Shown here: positions 28,179 to 38,634 of the stretch, piece after piece
Layout: the number at the start of each line of letters is the position of its first letter
Numbering within the stretch: the first letter of the stretch is position 1
Translations under genes and position numbers: made by a program
Notes under the pieces: model-generated
The model's database searches: none
What the model saw: only the letters and a program-made list of their open reading frames with translations
What the model was told of the DNA's origin: nothing
Source: a virus
Taxonomy: Duplodnaviria > Caudoviricetes
DNA length: 64,000 bases
Virus record (IMG/VR): IMGVR_UViG_3300020576_004352
Span: 1 to 64,000 of that record
Direction: 5' to 3' (one strand)

Positions 28179-29153
28179 ATGTCTAAGCAAGAACTCGGTC
28201 TTCCCGAAAACCTGAAGAAAGCTGATATGATCATCAGCGACCTGTCCAGTGGTGGCCTCCTGACTGTTGAGCAGTCGGACACCTTTATCCGTAACCTGAT
28301 TGACCAGCCCACGCTGCTCCGCCAGATGCGTGTTCAGACGATGAACAGTCCCAGCATGGAAATCAACAAGATGGGCTTCGGCAAGCGTATCCTTCGCTCT
28401 GCCACTGAAGCGACTGCTCTTGCGGATGCCGCTGTGGATGGCACCAGCTTTGATGCCTCGACCTCTGGTGAATACCGGGCCCGCGCTAAGCCGCAGACCT
28501 CGAAGGTCACGCTGACCACCAAGGAAGTTATCGCGGAAGTTCGCCTGTCCTACTCGACGCTGGAAGACAGCATTGAGCGCGGTAACCTTGAGAACACCAT
28601 CCTCGCCATGATCGCTGAGCGTGCTGCTCTCGATCTTGAAGAGCTGGTCATCAACGGTGATACCTCGCTCAACAACACTGATCCATATCTCGATCTGATG
28701 GACGGTGTGCTGAAGCTCTCGACTGCTCACGTGGTTGATGCGGACGGTGCGGCCCTTAACCCCACCCTGTTCAACACCACGTTGAAGGCTCTGCCGAACA
28801 AGTATCGCCGGAACCGCAATCTGATGCGCTTCTTCTCGACCCCGGATGCTGAGCAGGATTACCGTCTTGCTCTGGCCAGCCGTGGTACGGGTCTTGGTGA
28901 CGCGATCCTGACCGGCAATACTCCGGTTCCCGTGTTCGGTGTTCCGCTGGTAGGTGTGGCTCTGATGCCCTCCACCTCCCTGCTCTTCACTGACCCGAAG
29001 AACCTGATTTTCGGCATCCAGCGCAATGTTCGCATTGAAAGCGAGCGCCTGATCTCCGAGCGTCAGGTCAAGATCGTCCTGACCGCCCGTATCGCTACCG
29101 CTATCGAAGAGACGGATGCGGTTGTGAAGGTCAGCAATATTGGCTCGCTGTAA
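28179..29153 (+). CDS. major capsid protein (HK97 fold, XkdG-like)
   Basis: GGLLT.EQS..FI, AE..L.Y..LEDSIE, DLEEL.INGD; strongly biased codon usage. Confidence 0.9.
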   Translation: MSKQELGLPENLKKADMIISDLSSGGLLTVEQSDTFIRNLIDQPTLLRQMRVQTMNSPSMEINKMGFGKRILRSATEATALADAAVDGTSFDASTSGEYRARAKPQTSKVTLTTKEVIAEVRLSYSTLEDSIERGNLENTILAMIAERAALDLEELVINGDTSLNNTDPYLDLMDGVLKLSTAHVVDADGAALNPTLFNTTLKALPNKYRRNRNLMRFFSTPDAEQDYRLALASRGTGLGDAILTGNTPVPVFGVPLVGVALMPSTSLLFTDPKNLIFGIQRNVRIESERLISERQVKIVLTARIATAIEETDAVVKVSNIGSL

Positions 29154-29239
29154 TAGCGAATTGAGTTAGGGATAAAGCAGGGGGCCACAAACCCCCTGCA
29201 ATCCTGAAGTGAGTAACCAGCCATATAGGGAGAAAGAAC

Positions 29240-29974
29240 ATGGCACGTCGTATCTCGAAAATTAACCGTCACGATCTTACCTACGCCAACGCTACCAGTC
29301 ACAGCCGCGTTATCGCTGATCTCGCGCTTTCGCTGGGCAAGGTGAAAGTTGAAGCGATCACTGCGCTCACCAATAGCTCTGGCGGTAACGCTGCCTTGGC
29401 CGGTGGTGTGCAGGGTGTTGCGGCCTTCACCAACGTGGCCAACGCCGCTACCAATTTGGCGACAAAGGCCGCAGCTGACACTGCCATTGGCAAGATCAAA
29501 GACGCGATCACTGAGTTGGCTGCCAAAGCGAATGCGATGGCGACCGTGCTTTCTCTGCCGACCATCACTGATAGCTCAGGCGGTGCGGCAGCGGACGGTA
29601 CCATTGCTGCGCTTGACCTTTCAGTAGCTGCGGCTACCACGGGTTCGCAGGCAACTGAAACCAATGCAATTCGTTTGGTGTTGAACGATGCGTTCTATGA
29701 GCTGGCAAGCCTTGTTAACAAGATTTGCTTGGCCACGGACGTTGACCCGCTCACGATCACCAAGACGAATTTTGCACAGAACAGTGATGGTCTTGTTACC
29801 AAAAACTCGACCATTGCAGCCATTTCCACCAACACTGGCACTGCCGCCGACCCCGGCATTACCAAGGTTGCGATGGATGCCGCCCTTGTCGTATGGGGCG
29901 CTAACGTCGCTTATATTGCTACCAAGCTGAATACAATCCGCACGGTAGCACCTATTAAGACCGTTGTAGTCTAA
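29240..29974 (+). CDS. putative head decoration/fibre protein
   Basis: Ala/Thr-rich; internal repeat LTNSSGG.A / ITDSSGGAA..GTIAA; follows capsid gene. Confidence 0.55.
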   Translation: MARRISKINRHDLTYANATSHSRVIADLALSLGKVKVEAITALTNSSGGNAALAGGVQGVAAFTNVANAATNLATKAAADTAIGKIKDAITELAAKANAMATVLSLPTITDSSGGAAADGTIAALDLSVAAATTGSQATETNAIRLVLNDAFYELASLVNKICLATDVDPLTITKTNFAQNSDGLVTKNSTIAAISTNTGTAADPGITKVAMDAALVVWGANVAYIATKLNTIRTVAPIKTVVV

Positions 29975-30017
29975 TCGTGGACAATACGGCAGCACTTGAT
30001 TAAACAGGAGCAGCAAA

Positions 30018-30431
30018 ATGTCAAAGATGTATGAAGCAACTCTGGTACGCGGTGAAACCTACTATCTCGGCTCGAAGCGTTTTGAACGCGGCAAGCCGGT
30101 ACTGGTAACTCTGGAAGAGAAGGCGAAGCTTAACCGCAACGCTATCGACCGTGTGACCGTGCAGGAGAGTGGTGGCACCAGCGGAGAAGATCGTCAGAAG
30201 TTCGTCTTTAAGGAAGTGGCCGTAAAGGCCGCAGACAAGAGCGACAAGCTGGCAGACCTTGATGCGATGCAAGGCGACGGCGGAGTGTCCTTTGATGAGG
30301 ACACCGAGGGTAAAGAGGGAAGCGGCACTGGGGATGAAGAGGATCAGAATGATCCGCCCATTGCCGCTGCCAAGCCGGTAGCGAAAGCCACTGACAAGGC
30401 TCCTGCCCCGGCAAGAAGCCGTAGCCGGTAA
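30018..30431 (+). CDS. hypothetical head-region protein
   Basis: AGGAG RBS. Confidence 0.65.
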   Translation: MSKMYEATLVRGETYYLGSKRFERGKPVLVTLEEKAKLNRNAIDRVTVQESGGTSGEDRQKFVFKEVAVKAADKSDKLADLDAMQGDGGVSFDEDTEGKEGSGTGDEEDQNDPPIAAAKPVAKATDKAPAPARSRSR

Positions 30432-30439
30432 TAGGGGAT

Positions 30440-30464
30440 CGGGGGCGTGAAGCCCCCTTTCTCT
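30440..30464 (+). terminator. probable intrinsic terminator
   Basis: GGGGGC-GTGAA-GCCCCC followed by TTTCTCT. Confidence 0.55.
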
Positions 30465-30483
30465 ACTTTGAGAGGCTAGGCAA

Positions 30484-31197
30484 ATGACCATTTCAACTCT
30501 TGTGAGCCTTGATGATCTGAAAGCCTATATCAAGCTGGCCGACGACAGCCAAGAGTTTGACCGGCAGCTCGTGGAGCTAGGTGGCGCAGCCACGGCTCTG
30601 CTTGAGGTGTTCTGCCGGGCCACATTCGCCCGGAAAGCTTTTTCTGAAAAGTTCTCCACCATTCGCAGCACCGATTTTCAGTATGATTTAACCGGCAATA
30701 CAGTGAGTGATTTTGGTCTGCTCGAGCAGAACCGCGTGCAGCGTTTCCCCTTGCGGGGCTATCCGGTTGACGCGAGCTTGGCCGTGACCGTGAAGTATGA
30801 CCCGGATCGCGTGTTTGGCACGGACACTGTGAAAGCAGCCACTGGTTATTATCTGAACCCAAATACCAATGCACTGTACCTGCTTGATGGCACGGCACAG
30901 ACCACCTTTGGCCTTCAGGTTGATTACACGGCAGGATACGCAGTCGAGAATGCCACGTATGGTGAGGGTGACCAAGAGGTGACCTACCAGTATATATCTG
31001 GTGCTCCGCCTACTCTGCGCATGGCCTGCATCCAGCAGGTTATCTACATGTTCAATAAGGTGCAGGAGAGCAACGTGGGAGTGGTGGGCCGAGGCAGCGA
31101 CAACAGCCCCGAGTACGCCTCAAATGCCCTTCTGCTGTGCCCCGAGGCGCAGGCACTGGCTTCTTCCTTTAAGCGCGTACTGGTAGGACGGCGATGA
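30484..31197 (+). CDS. head-tail adaptor (gp6-like)
   Basis: LVSLDDLKAYI, V.YTAGY, P..LRMAC..QV. Confidence 0.75.
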   Translation: MTISTLVSLDDLKAYIKLADDSQEFDRQLVELGGAATALLEVFCRATFARKAFSEKFSTIRSTDFQYDLTGNTVSDFGLLEQNRVQRFPLRGYPVDASLAVTVKYDPDRVFGTDTVKAATGYYLNPNTNALYLLDGTAQTTFGLQVDYTAGYAVENATYGEGDQEVTYQYISGAPPTLRMACIQQVIYMFNKVQESNVGVVGRGSDNSPEYASNALLLCPEAQALASSFKRVLVGRR

Positions 31198-31832
31198 TCT
31201 CTGGCCAAATCGTATCAGCCTATGGAGGCAAGACCTACGGCAGCCCTGACGGGGCATTGCAGGCGGTTATCCGTGGCCTCAAGACGTATGAGCAGCAGGT
31301 CATTCCCCGTGCCATGCGCAGGGCCATGCAGCGATACCTGAAGTATGTGGCTGACACGATCATAAAGCGCAACAGTAAGCCGTGGCCGGGCGGGACAACG
31401 GCCAACAGTCTGTCAAAGCGTTCCGGGCAAGCCCTGCGCAGCATCTCGCAGAGCCTGAAGGTGGAAAGCACAGGCAGCGAAGTGCTGGGCTATATCGGCG
31501 GAATTTATTACCTGCAAACGCATGAAGATGGCGCGGTTATCCGGGCCCGCAGATCGAAATACCTCACCATTCCTTTGCCTGCGGCGCTGGATCAGCGGGG
31601 TGTTCCCAAGAAGCGCAGTGCTCGTGAGTGGACAAATACGTTCATCATCCGATCAAAGAACAACAACCTGCTGATCGTGCAGCGCACAGCCACGGGTATT
31701 CTGCCTCTTTATGTGCTTAAAAAGCAGGTTCGCATTCCTAAGCGGCTGGGTATGGGGGACGCACTTAATAAGTTCTTACCCACGCTGGGCAGTTACCTTC
31801 AAGACGAGTTGAAGGGAGAGTTCAATATATGA
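31194..31832 (+). CDS. tail completion/neck protein (HK97 gp10 / virion morphogenesis-like)
   Basis: L..RSG...RSI, HEDGAVI.A...KYL.IP; position. Confidence 0.65.
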   Translation: MISGQIVSAYGGKTYGSPDGALQAVIRGLKTYEQQVIPRAMRRAMQRYLKYVADTIIKRNSKPWPGGTTANSLSKRSGQALRSISQSLKVESTGSEVLGYIGGIYYLQTHEDGAVIRARRSKYLTIPLPAALDQRGVPKKRSAREWTNTFIIRSKNNNLLIVQRTATGILPLYVLKKQVRIPKRLGMGDALNKFLPTLGSYLQDELKGEFNI

Positions 31833-32308
31833 GCAATGAAGTCCCGGTGCGCGAGCGCGTGGTACAGCAGCTTGAACGGAAGCTCCAGAGCATGACGCTT
31901 GAGGGTAACAATGGGGTATCTTTCAAGCATGTAGTGCGCGGTGAGCTTAACCGGTCACAGAAATTTCAGGGCAACTCCATCGCAATTCAGGATATGGAGG
32001 AGTTCTACACTTACCAGACCTGCTATCTGCAATGTAACCTCCGGGTGGGTCTTGAGTTCTGGTTTTCCACTGCCGTTAACTCGGTGCCGAGCGCGGAGCT
32101 GGGTAAAGTGCTGGCCGAGCTAAAACGTGTTCTTATGACAGACATAAACCTTATCGAGCAGACCACGGCACTTCAGCTCGCTGAAAATGTACGTATCCTC
32201 GAAGTGGATTATGACATTGAAGGCCCGTTTGACCGGGTAGTTTCAGGCTATCTTCAGCTTGAGGTCATATACCGCGAGAGCAAAGAAAACCCGTACCAAT
32301 TGATGTGA
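31829..32308 (+). CDS. putative tail terminator
   Basis: Size and position before the tail tube gene. Confidence 0.55.
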   Translation: MSNEVPVRERVVQQLERKLQSMTLEGNNGVSFKHVVRGELNRSQKFQGNSIAIQDMEEFYTYQTCYLQCNLRVGLEFWFSTAVNSVPSAELGKVLAELKRVLMTDINLIEQTTALQLAENVRILEVDYDIEGPFDRVVSGYLQLEVIYRESKENPYQLM

Positions 32309-32318
32309 GGAGAAAACC

Positions 32319-32519
32319 ATGAGCAAGACTAAGTTAGAAGACATGATCCTTGGTGACAATTCCCCTGTTGACGCAGCATCGCCAGAAAGCGATACTGTAG
32401 AAATAGCGGCGGCACCCGAACAGGAAGCAGGCCCGGTTGACGAGAAGGCCAAATTGAACCCAGGTTCAGGTGGCTGCTATCGTTTCGAGGATGGCCAGTA
32501 TAAAAAGATTGAGGAGTAA
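32319..32519 (+). CDS. small acidic protein
   Basis: GAGGAG RBS; GG.YRF.DG motif. Confidence 0.55.
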   Translation: MSKTKLEDMILGDNSPVDAASPESDTVEIAAAPEQEAGPVDEKAKLNPGSGGCYRFEDGQYKKIEE

Positions 32520-32525
32520 CCCGCC

Positions 32526-33770
32526 ATGACTATGTTAGTTGATCGTGCCGTCCTTTTGGCAAAAATTGAGACCACCTTTCGCACGGATGCCAGCCCCTCC
32601 GCCAGCACCGACGCTTTGCTGATCGGTGCCCCGGAATTTAACCTCGACATTAACCAGCTCTCCCGCGACAATGTGCGAGGTGATCTCTCTCCCCTCGCCA
32701 CCTCTGCCGGACGTAAGACCGCCAGTGTCACCTTCACCCACGAGGTGCGCGGCTCTGGCAATGCAGACGGCACAGTGCCTCCGCGTATTGGTGCCCTGCT
32801 CCGCGCCTGTGGCATGGCCCAGACGCAGGTGACCGGTGCAGCCGGGACTATCGGCACTCCCGTGGCCGGTGGCTCCAACGTAGGCACTCTGTCTTTCGCC
32901 AAGACTACAGCATATACGGGTTACATGCAGCGCACAGTCACCCTGACCTGCACGACTGCCGGTGCCTCTGGTACTGCAAAGGTCACGGTGTCGGCCCCTG
33001 CATTGGGCGAGTTGCCCGCCGTCAATACCACGCTGGTGACGGTGACCACAGGCACCGCGATCACTCTTACGGATGGCGCACAGATCACCCCCACCCTTTC
33101 TGGTTCGCTCACTCTGGGTGACACATGGACAGTGGTGCTTACCCCCGCAGGGTATGAATACAGCCCTGTGTCCTCTGCCTTCGAGAGCGTCACGCTCTAC
33201 TTGTACCGCGATGGTTTACTGCATAAGCTGACCGGCTGCCGGGGCACTTTCAGTGCGCAGAACACTGGTGGCGAGTACGGCATGTTCAGCTTCACCTTCA
33301 CGGGCGACTATAACGCGGTGACGGACACTTCGATGGTCAGCCCGACTTATGAGACGCAGAAGCCTGTGCAGGTCGAACTGGCGCAGCTCACAGTGGGTGC
33401 ATATACCAACTTTGCGGCAGCCGAGTTCACATTCGACATGGCCAATGATGTGCAAATCCGTGAGGACGTGAATGCGGCTGAAGCATATGCAGGTGCGATC
33501 ATCGTGGGGCGTGCTCCGGTAATCACCTTCAATCCTGAAGTTGTGCTTGAGGCCACTCATCCGGTTTGGGGTGATCTGTCTGCCGGTACAGAGAAGGCAT
33601 TCTCTGCCAAGGTGGGCAAGGTGAAGGGTAACGTGGTGCAGTTCAAGGCACCCAATGTGCAATTCACGGGCGTTCAGTATGGGGATCGTAACAGCATCCT
33701 CACCTACGACATTACCATGAACTGCGCCCGCACCACGGGCAATGACGAAATCGCTTTGGCTTTCCGGTAA
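32526..33770 (+). CDS. major tail tube protein with inserted beta-rich domain
   Basis: LLAKIE.T.., LLRACG, Y.PVS..FES.TLY, G.RG, D.A.D. Confidence 0.8.
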   Translation: MTMLVDRAVLLAKIETTFRTDASPSASTDALLIGAPEFNLDINQLSRDNVRGDLSPLATSAGRKTASVTFTHEVRGSGNADGTVPPRIGALLRACGMAQTQVTGAAGTIGTPVAGGSNVGTLSFAKTTAYTGYMQRTVTLTCTTAGASGTAKVTVSAPALGELPAVNTTLVTVTTGTAITLTDGAQITPTLSGSLTLGDTWTVVLTPAGYEYSPVSSAFESVTLYLYRDGLLHKLTGCRGTFSAQNTGGEYGMFSFTFTGDYNAVTDTSMVSPTYETQKPVQVELAQLTVGAYTNFAAAEFTFDMANDVQIREDVNAAEAYAGAIIVGRAPVITFNPEVVLEATHPVWGDLSAGTEKAFSAKVGKVKGNVVQFKAPNVQFTGVQYGDRNSILTYDITMNCARTTGNDEIALAFR

Positions 33771-33997
33771 GGAGATGTGCTGTGGGAAAAGGAAAATCCC
33801 CTGATAGGGGGGGTATCCGCGTGAAGGTTTATTTAGTCCTGCGGCGCGAGAATACCGTTAAAGACACACAGGCGCATGAGCGCATTGTTGCCGCTGCCTT
33901 GACCCGTGCAAGTGCGGAGGTTATACAAGGGGATCATGTGGGCTCTTATATCCACAAACTGATCGCAACCAAGTAGCAGCCTAGGAGGGCAGCAACC

Positions 33998-34423
33998 ATG
34001 TTACAAGCAATCAATCTCGCCAAGACCATTGAGTATCAGAGCGACCGTGATCCAGCCAAGGGCACGGAAAACGCCACGGTCTTTGTGCTCGGCGCTTTGT
34101 CGTCTCGGGTAGCGTCTACCATCCGCGACAAGTCCACCCGCTTCAGCGGTGACTTGGGTAAGGTAGAAGGCATGACCACAGAGCTCCGCATGAACGAGAC
34201 TGCCTTTGAGCTTGTCCGGTTTGGCCTTCGCGGCTTCCGCAATTATCAAGCAGCTGATGGCACCTTGGTGGAGTTCAAGACCGAGGAAGTGCAGATCGGC
34301 ACGACTATCATGAAGGTGGTCGCCAAGGAAATCATGGACGTGATTGATCTTGAAACGATCCGTGAACTGGCCGAGGCCGTTGGCAAGGTCAGTGGCTTTG
34401 AGGAAGCCGACACAAAAAAATAA
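33998..34423 (+). CDS. tail assembly chaperone (gpG-like)
   Basis: Between tube and tape measure; ends in ACA AAA AAA TAA. Confidence 0.75.
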   Translation: MLQAINLAKTIEYQSDRDPAKGTENATVFVLGALSSRVASTIRDKSTRFSGDLGKVEGMTTELRMNETAFELVRFGLRGFRNYQAADGTLVEFKTEEVQIGTTIMKVVAKEIMDVIDLETIRELAEAVGKVSGFEEADTKK

Positions 34424-34791
34424 GACAGGTAGTCCTTTCTCTCATACTTCTTCCGAAGTGGGATTGCGCTACCTGCACCGACAGTCACAAGATAGAGCGC
34501 GGCTGCACCACGGACGCGCTTATTCCTCAGGAGATAGATGGGCGGCAGCTGACGCGCTGCCCCCGTCGCCCTCTGATCGACGACCCTGCTTTATTTGACG
34601 AGGCTTTTGAAGTATACTCGTGGTATAAAAAGGGGCACCTGCCGGAGAGTGGTGGGTGGGAGGAGCAATCCGCAGCATTCGTGCAGCTTGTCAGGACTAT
34701 GGATTTGGCGACAAACGACGCCAATAAACTAGCCGAAAAGCGCAGAGAGCAGATGGAGAAAACCAAGATCAATAAACCGAGGGTGCGGTAA
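34414..34791 (+). CDS. -1 frameshift extension of the chaperone (gpGT-like), absent from the ORF track
   Basis: Slippery A AAA AAA at 34414-34420; open -1 frame IRQVVLSL...YSWYKKGHLPESGGWEEQ...R to TAA 34789-34791, overlapping the TMP ATG. Confidence 0.85.
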   Translation, partial: KKIRQVVLSLILLPKWDCATCTDSHKIERGCTTDALIPQEIDGRQLTRCPRRPLIDDPALFDEAFEVYSWYKKGHLPESGGWEEQSAAFVQLVRTMDLATNDANKLAEKRREQMEKTKINKPRVR

Positions 34792-37493
34792 TGGGCAATA
34801 GAGACCTTCAGTTCGTTCTTCGCTTCAAAAGTGAAGCAACAGGGGTTCTGACTGCCGCTCGGCAAGAGATGCAGAAGCTGGCGCAGCAGGCCGTTGCCGC
34901 TAGTGCAGCCCTTCAAAAGCTAAATGCCTCTGCCGGTACCTTCAAATCAAATATTGCGACTTCAGCCAATGCAGCCTCACAGGCAGCTATGGCACAGCAG
35001 AAGCTGGCAAATCAGTCGCAGCGCCTTGCTCTTGATACACAGAAGCTGGCACAGCAGCAGCAAGCCCTTGTTCTAAACGAGCAGCGCCTTGAGTTGCAGT
35101 CGCAGCGGCTTGCTCTAGCTGAAGAGCGTTTGACTAATCAGCGCACGCGCATGGTGCAGTCAAACCGCAATCTGGCCACGTCTTTCCTCGGCCTCGGCCG
35201 ATCCATGTTCCCGGTACTGTCCACACTGAGCGCCGGTGTGGTGGTAGGCGGTATCATTCAAATGTCAGACACATGGAAGCAGCTCACGGGCCGCTTGCAG
35301 ATCGTATCAAGCAGCATGGCGGAAGTAACTCTACGCCAAAACCAGCTCTTTGAGATTGCGCAGCGCACCGGGCAGCCTCTGGCCAATATCACTGACCTGT
35401 ACACGCGCTTGAATAACTCCATTGATCCGGCTAAGCGTGCGCAGTATGACTTGCTTGGCGTAACTGAGACGGTAGCAAAGGCCTTGGCCATTACCGGTGA
35501 AGGCTCGGCGCAGGCCGCGAGTGCTATCCTTCAGTTCTCACAGGCCGTAGGCAGCGACTTCAAAGCCTCTTCACAGGAAATCAACTCGCTGTTGGATAGC
35601 GCCCCGCGTTTGGCGCAGGCTATTCAGCGGTCAATAGGCGACGGCACAAAGAGCTTGAAGCAGCTTGCGGAGGCAGGCCAGCTTTCGCGCAAGAATGTGC
35701 TTGAAGCTCTTTCCTCTATCGGTTCACAGGGGCAGCAGATCGCCCGTGAATTTGAGAAAATTCCCATGACGGTGGGCCGCGCCTTCACTGAGCTGCGCAA
35801 TAGCCTGATTAAGTTCATTGGCGAGAATGGCAAGGTGTTGGCAGTTACCAATGCCCTCGCTTCAGCCATTATCTTTTTGGCGGATAACTTGGATACGATC
35901 ACGACTGCCATAGCGGCGGTGGCGGCGGTTATCACTGCCCGTCTGGTATCTGCCCTTGTAGCCAGTGCAGCGGGCTGGATTGCTAATACTGCACAGATTG
36001 TTCTTTATCAGATCGCTCTCGGACGCATGGCGGGCTACTCTACCGCAGCGGCCACGGGGCTTGTCGCTCTAGGGGGTGCCGCTACTATTCTTGGCCGAGC
36101 ACTTGCTCTAGTCGGCGGGCCTATTGGCCTTGCCGCTTTGCTCGTGGTGGCCTCCTATGGTGCTCACGCCAGCCAAGCAGCAGGGAGACAAGCAGCCCTT
36201 AACAAGATCGTTGGTGAGTATGCCAGCAAGGCACAGTCTATGACTAATGCCAGCGCCGCGCAGCGCCGGGCTTTCCTTGAGGATAGTCGCGCCAAGATCA
36301 ATGCCATGATTGGTGAGGTTAATGCGCTGGCTGGGCTGATCCAAAGCTATGAAGCCCTTGGCGGTGTTGGAAAGTTTTTCAACAGCCTTGGCCAGCAACT
36401 AGGGTTAAGTCCTGACATTATCACAGCAAAAGAGCAGTATATCCAGCTCACGTCCGCGATTGAGAAGATGATGGCTGTGCGTGAGGGTATCAAGAATAGC
36501 TCAGGCGGTGATAACGGCGCTGCTGAGCTTAGCAAGAAGCAGGCGGATACGATCAAGCAGGTGATTGAGGGCTTGCAGGATGAAAGCATGGCTCTTGACC
36601 TGCAAATTAAATACTATGGCCAGAAAGAAGATGCCGTGCGCCGGGCACGCAAAGAGCAGGAGATTGCCACTGCCTTTATGCGCAATGGTGTTCAATGGAC
36701 AGCCGCCCTTTCAAAAGAGATTGGTGGTTACCTTGATATGCTGGATTTGCAGCACGAGCGGTTTAAGAAGCTGGAGGATTTGGCCCATAACGATTTTTGG
36801 GCGGGCCTACAGAAAGCTGCAAAAGACATGCAGGAGAACATGAAGGGCGCTGGTGACCTTGCTGCGGACGTGTTCAATAAAGGCACTGAGAGCATTTCAA
36901 GTGTACTGTCTGACTTTGTTAGCGGCAGCCTGAATAGCTTTGATGACCTTCGCAAAGGCATTGGTAGTATCTTGACTGATATTGCCGGGCAGATTGCTCA
37001 GTTTGTTATCCAGCAGCAGATCATAAAGCCGCTATTGAATAGTATCTTTGGGGCTTTTGGTGTTTCAACACCCGCGTCAACCGGAAGCGTGACAGTGGCC
37101 AATGCTCACGGCAATGCCTTTGCCAATGGCCGAGTGGCCATGTTCGCCAAGGGCGGTGTAGTTAATCAGGCGACCGCGTTCCCCATGCGTGGCGGTACCG
37201 GCGTGATGGGTGAGGCCGGGCCGGAGGCTGTGATGCCTCTGCGTCGTCTCTCCAATGGTGACCTTGGGGTGCAGTCTGCCAGTGGCGGGGGCGGAAACAC
37301 ACAGCTCAATTACAGCCCGAACTTCAGCTTTCAGATCGACGGGGGCAACAGACAGGGTGGCACAGACCGAACCGCCTCTGATGCTCTGTATAAGCAGCTC
37401 GACAATGAAGTGCAGAAAACCGTACTCGCGGTGATCCAGCGTGAGCAGCGTCCCGGTGGTTCTCTGGCTGGTGGCAAAGGGAGGACTGTCTGA
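34791..37493 (+). CDS. tape measure protein
   Basis: Tape-measure N-domain (W..L.GRL..V, QFSQA.G..), helical repeats, lambda-like C-terminus FAKGG..MGEAGPEAVMPL. Confidence 0.92.
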   Translation: MGNRDLQFVLRFKSEATGVLTAARQEMQKLAQQAVAASAALQKLNASAGTFKSNIATSANAASQAAMAQQKLANQSQRLALDTQKLAQQQQALVLNEQRLELQSQRLALAEERLTNQRTRMVQSNRNLATSFLGLGRSMFPVLSTLSAGVVVGGIIQMSDTWKQLTGRLQIVSSSMAEVTLRQNQLFEIAQRTGQPLANITDLYTRLNNSIDPAKRAQYDLLGVTETVAKALAITGEGSAQAASAILQFSQAVGSDFKASSQEINSLLDSAPRLAQAIQRSIGDGTKSLKQLAEAGQLSRKNVLEALSSIGSQGQQIAREFEKIPMTVGRAFTELRNSLIKFIGENGKVLAVTNALASAIIFLADNLDTITTAIAAVAAVITARLVSALVASAAGWIANTAQIVLYQIALGRMAGYSTAAATGLVALGGAATILGRALALVGGPIGLAALLVVASYGAHASQAAGRQAALNKIVGEYASKAQSMTNASAAQRRAFLEDSRAKINAMIGEVNALAGLIQSYEALGGVGKFFNSLGQQLGLSPDIITAKEQYIQLTSAIEKMMAVREGIKNSSGGDNGAAELSKKQADTIKQVIEGLQDESMALDLQIKYYGQKEDAVRRARKEQEIATAFMRNGVQWTAALSKEIGGYLDMLDLQHERFKKLEDLAHNDFWAGLQKAAKDMQENMKGAGDLAADVFNKGTESISSVLSDFVSGSLNSFDDLRKGIGSILTDIAGQIAQFVIQQQIIKPLLNSIFGAFGVSTPASTGSVTVANAHGNAFANGRVAMFAKGGVVNQATAFPMRGGTGVMGEAGPEAVMPLRRLSNGDLGVQSASGGGGNTQLNYSPNFSFQIDGGNRQGGTDRTASDALYKQLDNEVQKTVLAVIQREQRPGGSLAGGKGRTV

Positions 37494-37837
37494 TGGATAT
37501 TTTACCCGCGTACCCATCCCCCGATACGGGCATTGATCGCACCAGTAAGCCGAACATCAAAGAGGTCAAGTACGGGGACGGCTATTCGCAGCGGCTGGCC
37601 ATTGGTATCAATCAGGCTCCGGTAGCAATCAATCTGTCCTACAGCAATATCAGCACCGCAGAAAAGTTGACGCTCGAGAACTTTATAAAAGCGCATTCAT
37701 CCGGCCAAGCCATTCTCTGGGCAATGCCGGATGAGTACCTGCAACGGAAGTGGTTCATAAGCGACTGGACGATAACGTATGTGAAGTACGGCATCTTCAG
37801 CGTTAAGATCGGCCTGCAAGAGGTATTTGACGTATGA
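37493..37837 (+). CDS. distal tail protein (lambda gpM-like)
   Basis: VKYGDGYSQR...GIN, F...H.....F/LW. Confidence 0.85.
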   Translation: MDILPAYPSPDTGIDRTSKPNIKEVKYGDGYSQRLAIGINQAPVAINLSYSNISTAEKLTLENFIKAHSSGQAILWAMPDEYLQRKWFISDWTITYVKYGIFSVKIGLQEVFDV

Positions 37838-38634
37838 CACTAAACCCAAAGGTGATGCAGGAGGCCCTCAAGTTCACGCCTGACAAGGTGGTGACCTTGT
37901 TTGACCTTGACCTTACTGAACTCGGAGGCCCTGTATTCCACTTCACCCCTAATATTTTGTCAGGCGGCGAGCCGGTTTTGAATGAAGACGGCAGCCCGGT
38001 TTTAGATGAGAACGGGCACGCGGTATCCACAGAGGGTGAGGGCGTTGAGTTTGTCACTTGGCGCGGTAACCCGTATTTCCCTCTGCCGATAGAGGCCAGT
38101 GGATTTGAGATGAACAGCAGCGGGCAGCTCCCCCGGCCAAAGCTCACAGTGGCCAATGTGCTGAACCTGATTAAGCCGGAGATGATCGCCTACAACAACT
38201 TCGTAGGGGCCACGGTCACCCGGTGGCGCACGTTTGCGAAACACCTCGACAGCGGAAGTGACCCGGACAGTGAGGTCTATTTTCCTCTCGACGTATACAA
38301 GGTTGACCGCAAGTCCGGCGAGAACAATGTAATGGTCGAGTTTGAGCTGGCCACGTCTCTTGACCAAGAGGGTATGCAGCTACCGCGACGCCAGATCATC
38401 CGCTCGGCCTGCACACACAGGTATCGGGTCTGGGATGAGGCCACGGGCACTTTTGATTATAGCCGTGCCACCTGCCCCTATGTGGGCACCAATTATTTCA
38501 ACACCAACGGGGAGCCGGTGGGTACACCACAAGAGGACATGCCGTCAAAGCAGGTCAACACCTGCTGCAAGTTACGCTTCCCCAATCAGGCGCTGCCCAC
38601 TCGTGCCTTCCCCGGCGTAGGGAGGTTCAGATAA
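37834..38634 (+). CDS. minor tail protein L
   Basis: LFDLDLT, Y.P.PIEA.GFE...G..PRP.L.VAN, C-terminal Cys cluster, C..RF....LP...FPG. Confidence 0.88.
   Translation: MTLNPKVMQEALKFTPDKVVTLFDLDLTELGGPVFHFTPNILSGGEPVLNEDGSPVLDENGHAVSTEGEGVEFVTWRGNPYFPLPIEASGFEMNSSGQLPRPKLTVANVLNLIKPEMIAYNNFVGATVTRWRTFAKHLDSGSDPDSEVYFPLDVYKVDRKSGENNVMVEFELATSLDQEGMQLPRRQIIRSACTHRYRVWDEATGTFDYSRATCPYVGTNYFNTNGEPVGTPQEDMPSKQVNTCCKLRFPNQALPTRAFPGVGRFR

Noticed and set aside
34344-34598. Track ORF as the frameshift partner of the chaperone
   Set aside because: Wrong frame; the -1 frame (34420 onward) carries the family motif and abuts the TMP start.
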